Shown here one piece after another: positions 25,562 through 37,926 of a stretch of DNA of 64,000 nucleotides. The position numbers and the translations under genes were made by a program. The notes beneath the pieces are model-generated. The model saw only the letters and a list, made by a program, of their open reading frames with translations. It searched no databases and had not been told where the DNA came from. Numbering within the stretch: position 1 is the stretch's first letter; each line of letters starts with the position of its first letter. Location of the stretch: the NCBI GenBank assembly GCA_020891255.1, contig BQFW01000006.1:124001-188000 (forward strand), written 5' to 3'. This stretch comes from Entomortierella parvispora E1425. Its lineage: Eukaryota; Fungi; Mortierellomycota.

Positions 25562-26033
25562 TAAACAGCAAGAGCTTGACTCTGAAAAACAACAGGCTTG
25601 TGCTAGTTCTGGAAATATACATTACATGCCCAGGGCGAAGCTGGATTATCCAATTATGCATCGACTTCATGCAACCAGGAGCGAGGGTCATCAACCAGGC
25701 AGCAAAACTTCCACAAAAGCAAAGGCAAAGCAGCGTCCAGTGCACGGGAAGAAAAGTTGTGGTGGGAGGTGGAAGCATGTTTCGTTCCTGTTGCGCCTTT
25801 TTTTATTTTCTTTTTTTTCTTTTCCGTCCTTTGCTCGCCGCCCCATCCTTCATCAGACTCGACGTCGTCCTTTGTACCAAGCATACCATCCCCTCATCCT
25901 CCATTGACTCGTTGACTCTTTAGCCGCACTCTTACTGATCTTCAAAGTATCCAGCAACTGCATCTTTCAATGTACCATCCTCACCACCACCACCACCATA
26001 ACTGCCATAACCAGCATAACCTCAGAGGCTCTA

Positions 26034-29000
26034 ATGCTGGTAAACGACAACTGACACTCAAACCCGCGCATCCTTCGCGATAGGTTCAAAAAGCCAAACC
26101 GCTGCCACCAGAGGCTTTGAAACGGTCAAGAACCGACATTGAAGCAGCTCGAAATGCCCATTCTAAAGAAACAATCAAGCGCTATCGGTCTGCCAAGAAA
26201 GCTCTTGATAATATCGATGTTGCAAAGGTGGATGCTGCAGCCTTGCAGGTGATGATATCGTCATTCCAAGAACTCGCCTCGATACTCAGGCAATCAAGAG
26301 ATCAGGAAAGGGCTGACAAGTGCAGTCAGAGAGCACAAGCTCTCAGGTAGGCCATGCCCTTGTTTTGTTTCTCGAGTAGATAGCATACAAGACTCACTAT
26401 CTGACTATAACGATGTTGCTCTAGTGAAATACTCAAAGGGAGAGTGAGCACCCTTGCAGCTGCCAGTACCTCGCCAAGTGTCCAAGCCGGAGTCACTCGC
26501 CAGAACTCCATAGCGGCATCAAGCAGCTCCACATCCCCAGCTGTGACTACCGTTGCATCACCCGCGGAAGCAATCAACTGTCCCCCTGTAACTGTAACTG
26601 TTATCAACACTGCTCCTATGCCTCAAGGACCGACTCTCCCTTCTCCAACTGCCATCAACTCTGCCACCGTCTCTCAACGATCGACTCTTCCCTCTCCGAC
26701 TGCCAGCAACACTGCCCCCACCACCCATCGGCAGTTGACCCTCTCCCCTGCAATAGCTATCAACGCTGCTCTTACCCCTCAAAGGTCGACTCTCCCTCCT
26801 TCAACCTTGCCAATTACCTTGATATCACCCTCCCTCTTCAACAAAAACGTGAATCCTGTGCCGTATGTCTGCCCTCTGCCTGGCCCGGACGAGCCGCTGC
26901 TAACCACCCGTCAACTCGCCTATTGCCTTGCACTGTTACAACCTTCAATTCAAAAGAGCGAGCTCTCGCAGGATGCCCGCGAGTGGAGATATCAAATGTT
27001 GAAAACCCCGAATGCAAAAGGCCGCCTAGAGTCACTGTCTGTTCAAATCATACGGACATTTCAAAAGGATACCACGAAGGATGCTGATGCGGTTGTCGAG
27101 GTTGTTCAGCTGGCACCGGTACCTGATGATCACCACTCGCGGGATCTTTTCAAGACCTTTATCGACACCATCAACCAGTCAGCGATTCTTCATTTGCAAT
27201 CACTGGAAGGACTGGATCTGCCCCAGGATTATTCGACTCTGACGACCTTGTGAGAGTTCTTGGGTCCCTTGACAAACAACTTCGGTCTACCCACTCAGAG
27301 AGTATTCGAAATCGATATCGCCTGTTACTTGCCGTTTCACGGGTTTTGGATGCAATGGTGGATGCCCATGTCGGAGATGTCGATATTAACCTCCACGAGC
27401 CATTGACGGATCTTCTTCAAGAATCAGAGTCAAGCAAGGATCCATATTTGACCTACCAAGCTGCGTATGCCACCCAGGCAGTGCTGAATGTGTCGGATGA
27501 TGAAAGCATTTGGCGTTCAGGACTCAAACGAGGATGGCTAGTATTGAAAGGCGGTGCCGCATTTGCCCAAATGCCCAATCTGACGGATGTAAAAGACTAT
27601 CTTGAGGGTCTAGAGAATCTTTATGAAGCTGGTAAAGGAGGTGTCCGACTTCTCAAGGACGTCTTGGGGGCAATCAAGAACCGCGAAAGTCCCACGTTCT
27701 CGGCAAAGGAAGGTCTCAAATTCAGAAGAGCCTGGTACCGCGCCATTCGAACAGCAGAGGCGTATATTCAGGCTGGCAAGCTTGTGGAATTCAAGGGCCT
27801 GATAACAACAGCTCCCTGTCGACAACAGATTATGTTTCAGTGGGGAATTTGCCAACTACTTGGCCAGTTTGCAGCTGATACCCAGTGGGATCCAGATGCA
27901 CGAAAAGACGCGGTTGCATTCCTTGAAGCACTCTCCAGCGACAGCACAATTTGGAAACGGCAGAAGGAGGTTGGCCAGGTCATATTTGATGCACTCGCCA
28001 GTCTCGCATCGAACAATGAAGGTATGTTAATCTAACACGCGATCCCGTTGGGCTATGCTCACCAATCATCATCAGTCATGTACCGTCCGACTCTAACACT
28101 TTCTTTTATTTGCAATTCTTCTACAGCTGCCAAGTCCTCGCTGGAGAAGATGAGAAAGCAGGACCCTTCACTGAAGCCAACCGCCGGGTTTCAGCTATCA
28201 CTTTGGAAGACTCCGCAGGCCATAGACCCAGCCGGTACAACCACGACAAAGATGACACTACTGAAGGCTGTTCAAGATAAAAATGTTCGACATGCAAAGG
28301 TTGACAACCTGCCACATCTCATTGCTCAGCCTAGCGTTGACGACATCCGCTCAGCCCTCAAGATGTACCATACACCAGATCTTATTATTCTCAGGGTTTC
28401 AGGAGACGAACTGGATCTGAATACTTGCTTTATCAACCTGGCAATTGTTGACGCGCCGGAACATCGAAAAAAGGAAAAACAGGACCTCCAAGATCAGGCG
28501 GCTGTCTTTCATCGGATTTCTAGCTTTGAAAACGTGGAACATACAGACACTCAGTCTTTGATCCCATTGGAAGAGCTGTTCAACCAGCGCACGTTGCGTG
28601 ATGGAAAAGTGGGCGTCCCTAAAAGAGTTTTGGTGCAGGGAAGAGCAGGCATCGGCAAAACAACACTGTGCAAGAAACTGGTTCATGCTCATCAAAATGG
28701 ATTGTGGAGGGATCTATTCGACGCCGTATTGTGGATCCCATTGCGTCAGCTGAGAGGATCTACGAGCCGCACCTTGGAATCCCTCTTTCGGGAGAAGGTA
28801 TTCGTCTATCAGAGCCGTGACCGATATCAAGCAGCGTTGGCTGAAGCTCTTGTGACTTGCGCTGAACAGGGCAGGGTCCTCTTCATCTTGGACGGCCTGA
28901 ATGAGATTGCAGCTGACACGGAGGGCGATGAATACAGGACCTTCAGAACATTCTTGAAGATTCTACTTTCGCAGCAACATGTCATCATCACATCAAGGCC

Positions 29001-32000
29001 CTCTGGCGTAGACAACAAACTGTTACCGCCCATTGATCTTGAGCTTGAAACTATTGGATTCAGTCAACAAAATGTCGAAGACTTTTTGGCCAAGGTCCTT
29101 GAGCCCGAAGCAGCAAAAACAGTCCGCTGCTTTATTCAGCAAACACCTTTGATCCAAGGACTTGTCAACATCCCTGTGCAACTCGACGTGATCTGTTTCA
29201 GCTGGGATTCACTTCCAAAAGACACCACTATCACCATGACAGGACTCTATCAACTGATGGTGCGGAAACTATTGCGCAAGGACGCCCTTCGGCTGAAGAA
29301 GAGAGCTGGCGGGAGATGTCTGACAGAACAAGATATCAACCGCTGCAGCCCTCAAATGATCGATGTGTTGATGGCGACCGAACTTCAGCATCTTGGGTAC
29401 CTGGCCTTCAAAGGATTGGATAACAACCACCAAATCGAATTCGACGAGGACACTCTCCTCTGTGCGTTTGAAGATCTCAATAATGCTGAAGACAACCAAC
29501 AGCTCTTAGCTCCTCAAATCGTTGAGGACATCAAGATGACATCATTTTTGCACACAGCGGATGCGAACATGGACTTTAGGAAGAACGTTACTCGACAGGC
29601 CTGGCATTTTCTGCATTTGACGTTTCAAGAGTATTTCGCAGCCACGTGGATAGTCCGCCATTTTCACCCTAAACGTCCTCGCTCCTCTGCCGGGATGATG
29701 GCCATGGAGGACATGGCGGTGTTTGTTCACCAACACAAATACAACCCGCAGTATGAGATTGTATGGCCCATGGTGGCAGGATTGTTGGAAGGCAAGTCGC
29801 TGGACCACTTCTTTGGGCTTTTGCAAGGCGAGCCACGCGATTTGATAGGGGGCCGCCATCAGCAGGTACTGGCTGCCTGCCTGAATGAGGCACGAGTTCG
29901 ACTCGACCCAGCGGTAGTAGCGAAATTGGATTCAGAGCTTAAGAGCTGGCTGCGGTTTGAGATGCAGGCCTGCGAACATGACAGCTACACCAAAAGCATG
30001 CTCGACAGTCAGATTTCATTCCCAGATAATACTCTGGTTGAAGTATTGAGCTCAGAGGTCCATTGGAAAAGCACGCTCATACAAACGCTGAAAGTTCGCC
30101 CTGCTTTATCAAAAGCAACTATCCTGTTCCTAGTGGACGCTCTCCAGGATGAAGATAAGGCTGTCGCATCTTTAGCAGCATCGGTACTGGGAAAGCAGCC
30201 CGTATTGTCGGAATCAACGATGAAGTTCCTGGCTGTCGCTTTTAAGGATGAAGATGTAGATGTTAGTTCTTCTGCAGCAACGGCGCTCAGCAGGCAATCT
30301 GCGTTGCCGGAATCAGTCATCTTATCCCTCGTTATTACACTCAAGAGCGGCGATATGAGAGTCAGGACCGCGTTACAATCCATATTGGAGAGTCGATCCG
30401 TGCTGCCAAGATCGGTCGTGCAATCGCTTATTGCGGTACTCAAGGAGGGAGATGAAGAAGTCAGGTTTTCAGCATTATCGATATTGGAGGGTCAGCTTGC
30501 GCTACAGGAGTCAGAAATCAAATCCCTCATTGACACACTCAAGGATGACGATGAAGGAGTCAGGACTTCAGCGGCATTGGTGTTGGGCAAGCAATCTATG
30601 CTTCCGGAATGGGCAATGCAGTCTGTCATCGCTGTACTCAAAGACGACGATAAGAGGACCAAATTTTCAGCAGTATCCATACTAGAAAATCAATCGACAT
30701 TGTCAGAATCAGCCATCCAGCCTCTCATTGCTGCCCTCAAGGATGAAAATGAACGCGTGAGATATTTGGCGGCATCTACGTTGGGCAAAGGGGCAGCGCT
30801 AACGGAATCTGCCATTCAGGCTCTCGTTGATTCACTACGAGATGGCGACTGGATAGTCAGGTCGTCAGCAGCGTCGGCATTGGGTAAACAATCCACACTA
30901 CCGGAATTGGCCGTCCAACCTCTCATCGCAGCGTTCAAGGATACAATTAGCGCTGTAAGATCCTCAGCGGCATCAGCTTTGGGCAACCAGTCTACTCTGT
31001 CAGGATCAGCTATCCGGTCTCTCATGGAAGCACTGGAAGACGATGATAAGAACGTCTGGACTTCTGCATCAATGGCAATGACAAAGCAGTCCATGTTATC
31101 GCGATCATCCATTCAGGTTCTCATTGATGCACTCAAAGACAGCGATCAAAGAGGCAGGCGATCAGCCTCGATATTAGGTGGCCAGTCTACATTGCCGGGA
31201 GCAGCTATCCTGCCCCTTCTCATGGCACTTGAAGACGACGACAGCAAAGTCAGATCCTCGGGAGCATTGGTATTGGGTAGCCAGTCCAAACTGTCGGAAT
31301 CTGCCATTCAGTCCCTCACGATAACACTCAGCGATAAAGTTAAAGAGGTCAGGTCTTTGGCAGCATCTGCGTTGAGAAAGCAGTCTGTTTTGCCAGACTC
31401 AGTCATCGAGTTTCTCTCGGCTGCACTGAAGAATGAAGTCAACGATGTCAGGTCTTCGGCAGCATCTGTATTGGGCAAACAACATGCATTGCCGGAACCA
31501 GCAGTTCAGTGTCTCATTGCTGCCCTCAAGGATAATATTGCGGATGTCAGATATTCGGCAGTATCCGCATTGGGTAGCCAGTTTATATTGCCCGCAATAG
31601 CCATACAGCCACTCGTTGATGCACTCAAGGACAGCAATGATAAAGTCAGGCATTCAGCAGTCTTGGCTTTGGGCAAACAGTCTAACTTACCAGGAGAGGT
31701 CATCCAGTCCCTCATCAAAGTACTCGAAGACGACAATATTAGTGTCAGGTCATCAGTAGCATCGGCATTCGGCAAGCAATCTACATTGTCGGAATCAGCC
31801 ATTCAGTCTCTCGTCGATACGCTAAAGAATGTAGTAATGGATGTCAGGCCATCGGTGGTAGCAGCACTAGGCAACCAGCCTACGTTGCCGGAATGGGCCA
31901 TTTGGCCCATCATCGCTGCACTTGAGAGTGAACACGCCGGTGTCAGGTCTGCAGCGGCATCCGCATTGGGAAAGCAGGCCATGTTGCCGGCAGCGGCCAT

Positions 32001-33000
32001 CAAGTCCCTCACTGCTGCTCTCAGAGGAAACGATAGGAGAGTCAGTACTTTAGCTGCATCGGTATTGAGCAAACAGTGGGTGCTACCGGAGCCAGACGTT
32101 CAGTCCCTCATCTCTTTACTCAGTGACGGTACCAAAAGTGTCCGATCTTTAGCAGCATCCGCATTGAGTGGCCAGTCCACGTTACCCGAATCAGCTATAC
32201 AATCCCTCATTGCTGCGCTATGGGATAGAGATGACAATGTCTGGTCTTCTGCAGTATCAGTCTTGATCAAGCAGTCAAACTTGCTTGGAGTTATACAGCC
32301 CCTCATTGCTGCATTTAAGGAGGACCGCAATGGTGCCAGGACTTCAGCAGCATCTCCATTGGGCAATCAACCTACAGTGCCGATTTCAGTCATTCAGTCC
32401 CTCATTAATGCGCTCAACAGTGAGGCCGAAGTTGCCAGATCTTCAGCTGTATTGGCATCGAGCAAGCAATCTACGTTCTCGGAGTCAGTCATCAGGTCCC
32501 TCATCGCTGCACTCACGGATTGTGATTTGAGGGTAAGGTGGTTAGCATCGTATGCATTGAGCATGTATCCTACATTGCCAGAATGTGCTATCCAGTCCCT
32601 CATCGCTGCACTCAGAGACGAGGTCAAGGGTGTCAGGTCCTCAGCCGAAGCAGTGTTGGGCAAGCAAGCTACATTGTCGGCCTCGGCCATCCAGTCCCTC
32701 CTTGTTGTGCTCCGGGACGACAATGGAGAATTCAAAAAGTCGATGTCCAATATTCTCAAGAACCATTACCGCTCGATTTGTATAGCGCTTCCACACTTGA
32801 GGGAGGATGAGATTGCTTTTCTTTATGAGAACCATCTCTTTCTTCGCATTTGCAGTCGTGTCATGTCTTTACAAGTGCAGGACGGTGGATTGTGCCTCTA
32901 CACCGAGCAAGGCGCGCTGCACGTGGAACTCAGTGACAAAGACAAGATCGAATACATATCATCGGTTTCCAGAGCTGTTCAGCAAAAAGCGGGATTGTAG
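26034..33000 (+). CDS. NLR-like protein 1: helical N-domain, S/T/P linker, ARM-like region, NACHT, ~27 HEAT-like 33-aa repeats; frameshift at ~27215
   Basis: Walker A VQGRAGIGKTT, Walker B LFILDGLNE, ITSRP and FLHLTFQEYFAA. Repeat consensus LxESAIQxLIAALKDxxxxVRSSAASALGKQS. The exon 28127-33000 is intact. The start codon is tentative. Confidence 0.9.
30110..32760 (+). repeat. 99-bp coding tandem repeats (~27 HEAT-like units) of NLR1
   Basis: Units counted from the translation; two are 32 aa. Confidence 0.9.
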
Positions 33001-33608
33001 ATAGTGCGTCATATAATTGAATAAAGAAACATACTTGTGGAGCTTTGCATCCAATCGACACAACTACATTGGGCCAGCGGTCGAAAGTGTCGAGACAAAC
33101 AGATATATATATATATAAAAAGAGAACGCTGGAGATGCACGAGGAGGGTCGTGAAGAAATGACAAAGACGCGCCAAACAAAAATCCGCAGTTCAAGTCGT
33201 ACAAATTGGACAGAACTTTCCAGTCAGAGCAGGTTCCCTCTCGTATCCGACTATCCACGCTTGTCCGCACCACGCAAACACGCACGCAAACCATTGCAGA
33301 TAAAAACGTTTTTATTGTTGACAACAAGACCCATCTCACCTTCACTTCACACATAACGGCCCCTCTTTGAGAAGAGAGCCGCTAAAGAGATCCATGAAAG
33401 AGTTGCTTTCTTTTCAAGACTGATCAAAAAGCAATCGAAATAGTAATTGAAGTTTGTGTTCCCTCTACCCCACTCTCAAAAAGTTGACAAAAAAAAAAAA
33501 AATAGCCCGAAAACCGTAAAAAAGCAATCCAGAGTCCATTCGTTTTTTGTTTTGTTTCTTCTTTCGAAGGGAAGAGGGTTTTTGTATTGGTGCCGAAGGC
33601 CGAGTAAT

Positions 33609-34596
<988 letters not shown>

Positions 34597-35339
34597 TCAT
34601 GGTGCGATTGCATCAAGGACCAGATGAGCAAAAAATGGGGATCCAGGATCCGTTCTTTCATCCTCCTGACTCGTCTGATCCATCCGGTCGTAGGGGTGAC
34701 GATGGCGAGGTCCAGCATGGCGAGATAGCTGATGGATGGTTCCTAAGAGGTGACGGATGCATGGATGATTGTGGACCGCAGGTCAAAACCTTCTTTGATG
34801 CGAAACGTACAGAATGAGAGAAAGGAGTGATTAGATTTCGCTGCGCGGGGTCAAGTCATACACTTCGATTTCGGATAGTCACGTGATATAATTATTGCTG
34901 ATTGTATTTGTCGCTGCGCCTTGACCACCACCTCCAAGATATATCCCAAAGCCAACTCAATGTTGGGTTATCCCGGAGAAACTACCTGGTATGTCAAAGA
35001 ACACTCATCAGGATACTCTGGCACTTTGTGGTCTACTGTGCATCGATGCGTATCAGCGCAAATATACGTCCCCCGATCTTACAACGACCCTCGATGTCAG
35101 ACCTCCAGTACTCGAGGCTGGTGAGGCAGAAGCCACTTTCAGCTCCTACAAGACTTATTAGGAGAACCACAGGAGAGTTCCAAAAGGCTTCTTGCGAAAA
35201 ATAAAAGACCAGACAACGACTACAAGAGATAATTGTTTGTAATATCATTCATGTATCCATCCAACGACTTTTTTTTTTCTTTTTTTTTAATCGAGACCGA
35301 GTTTGGTTCTTTGGCTTCCAATTCAAGTCCTAGGCGACT

Positions 35340-36630
35340 TCACTGCTGTTGATGCGAGTCGAAGGCAACAAAGATCTCATCTTCAGAGCTACAGAGCTTC
35401 ATCTGTATCTCCATTGTACACTGACTTCCTTTTAAAGTGGTCAAAAAACGGCTCAAAGCCTGCACCGAGGGCCATGCATCCCAGGTTTCAGGCGAAATGC
35501 TGGTTGTTGTCGTCGAAGTCGGGGAAAATAAAATCCTGCTCATTACACTCGCTTTCCTCGAAGTGAACACCAGTCCTTCCCCTGGTTCAGCGACACTGTG
35601 GCTTTGAAACGGATTGGGAGGGGTGCTGAAAGACGGAACTATAATAGAGCTGTTAAAGCCCCCAGTCGGAACAAATTTGGGCAATGGTCCTGTTGATATG
35701 AGTAATGTGGGCTATTAGCAGAGTCCTGTGGCTCGAACTTGGCTCGTTCTCGTCTCAATTTATACTTACTGCCGCCATGCGACGGGTTAACCTCCAGTCT
35801 CTGGTCAGGTTCTTTTCACCGACCTCCAAGAAATGGCTAAGCATCAAGCTTAGCCTCTAAGTAATGGTTAAGCATCGAGCTTAGCCTCTAACTAATGGTT
35901 AAGCATCCAGCTTAGCCTCTAACTAATGGTTAAGCATCGAGCTTAGCCTCTAACTAATGGTTAAGCATCGAGCTTAGCCTCTAACTAATGGTTAAGCATC
36001 GAGCTTAGCCTCTAACTAATGGTTAAGCATCGAGCTTAGCCTCTAACTAATGGTTAAGCATCGAGCTTAGCCTCTAACTAATGGTTAAGCAAAATGCACA
36101 ACCGGATGCATCGAAATCTCTCAATCACCTGACTGGTTTGGACTGGCTGGACAGGCTCGCATGGATGACTGGTGCTCCTTGCTGGGTTTTTTATTGAGTC
36201 CGTTGCTGGCAGGCTCTTCGTGACAGGTGCTTTGCTAGTTTTTGTTGTTGACTGGTTCATATTGGAGTTGTTGGTAACTTTCGCCACCCATTGTAGATAA
36301 CTCCGACTGAGCATGTATTCCGGAAATTCATGAGGCACAGTCGTAAACAAGGGTCAAGAAGTCCACGTTGTTGAAAGCAAGGAATGGACCTTCGCCGCTT
36401 GTATCGTTTCAGCATCCAGGACTTGTAGATTTATTACAACTCTCGGTCCAGGCGTTAACATCGATAGTTCTTCGAAAAGCAGTTACAGGAGAGCTAACAA
36501 AGGTGACCAAGCCAGCGACTTGCAAAAAAGGGAAGAGGTGGATTTAACCCAAAAGAAGCGAAAAAAAAACGCAACTATCGGGGACCAGGGTCCTCACCAT
36601 GGTCCTTTTTGTCAATAGCAAATGATCCAT
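35340..36630 (-). pseudogene. Probable disrupted gene of unknown family, interrupted by a nonsense codon and the 31-bp array
   Basis: Frame MLTPGPRVVINLQVLDAE...TWTS*PLFTTVPHEF...CILL is broken by one TGA (36354-36356). It continues as HFLEVGEK... if the array is collapsed. A canonical intron lies at 35690-35769. Confidence 0.45.
35832..36090. repeat. 31-bp tandem minisatellite, 8 full copies plus 11 bp, each unit with an internal inverted repeat
   Basis: Unit AATGGTTAAGCATCGAGCTTAGCCTCTAACT, with no spacers. Confidence 0.97.
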
Positions 36631-37330
36631 GGATACTTGACGGAACTAAAGCTGTGGCATCTTGCGATGCAGACAGTGCTTTATAGTGTTCCGCCCGTGG
36701 CTAAACAATCCACTCGTCCTCTTGGGAACAAGTAGATCCTCTCCCTCATCATATTCTCCCGGGGGCCGACCAAGCGCGCGTGAGATAGTGTCATTCGCAG
36801 AAAAAGTGTGCAGGCTGTGGGTGAAAGCGAAAAGAGGGAAGAGGCGGATTTAACCCAAAAGAAGCGAAAGAAAAACGCAACTAGAGGGGACCAGGGTCCT
36901 CACCACGGTCTTTTTTGTCAATAACAAAAGATCCATGGATACTTGACGGAGCCAAGGCAGCGTCATCCAGAGACCCAGGCAGCACTTTATAGAGCTCCGC
37001 CCACGGAGCGTGGCTACACAATCTACTCGTCCTCTTGGGAACAAGTAGATCCTCCCTCAACATAATTCTCCCGGGGGCCGACCAAGCGCGCGTGAGATAG
37101 TGTCATTCGCGAAAAAAGTGAACAAGATGTGGGGAAACGCGAACAGAAGGAAGAGGTGAAGCTGAAAGGTGGAGGGGGAAAAATAAAAGCGGCGAGACCA
37201 GGACACTCACCAAGTCAGTCATTAACAATACTCAGTGGAACTAAAGCGGTGCATCTGGTTAGTCCGATGAGGCAGACTACAGTAGGGGCTGACCAAGCGC
37301 GCGTGATTCCGTGTCGTTCGCGAGAAATGT
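36525..37330. repeat. Two ~310-bp direct repeats plus a degenerate third copy
   Basis: GGGAAGAGG at 36530 and 36836. GACCAAGCGCGCGTGA at 36768, 37080 and 37291. Confidence 0.9.
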
Positions 37331-37926
37331 GTACATGTAGGGATAACGATGCTGAAGTTGAAAGAGAGTTCAAGGCCAACATTTGCAAGGTAACGCGAGA
37401 ATATCGGCGTGATTTGCGCGATAAATACGTCACTGTATTTTTCTAGATTCGCAAATGCACCCGAGCCAATGAAAGTGCAGGATGGCCCCCGAGTTTTATT
37501 GAGAGTCCCACACGCAGCATTGGAGTTTTCCTTCTCTCACATTCACTTGGATAATTGTACGGGTGCTGATTCGGGATTCAATTTACACATGTCAGGATCA
37601 CTCTGGGACTTTGCAGGATTACAGGCATTGGATCGGTCGTCATCATGGAGGGATTATTGTCATCATGGAATCGACACCATCATCCATCATCATCGATGGA
37701 TCATGTTGGGATTTTGTCAATGTCCAAAAATGATGTCGAACCTTTGATTCAACATTCTGCATCCGAGTGCCCTTCATGATTCCAAGTTGCAAGCAACCTT
37801 CTCAATCATGGACTGTTTCACGGAAAACATGGACCATACCCATACTAGCATGCTGAAGGACTATACACTAATCATGGACATCGACCTTTTTTTTGCTTTT
37901 CACCCTTGCAACATCAAATAGTCAAC

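Noticed and set aside
26034-26700. Amyloid signalling motif (HET-s/PP/sigma) at NLR N-termini
   Set aside because: No G/N/Q-rich pseudo-repeat was seen in either NLR and there is no adjacent HeLo/HELL-type gene.
28121-32835. Many antisense ORFs over both NLR genes
   Set aside because: These are shadows of the codon-periodic HEAT repeats and long sense ORFs.
35832-36090. CRISPR array
   Set aside because: Palindromic ~31-bp repeats are contiguous with no unique spacers, there are no cas genes, and the context is eukaryotic.
36880-36905. Helitron 3' end (hairpin plus CTAG on the - strand)
   Set aside because: The hairpin abuts CTAG instead of lying ~10 nt upstream, the other copy reads ATAG, and no 5' end or RepHel sequence was found.
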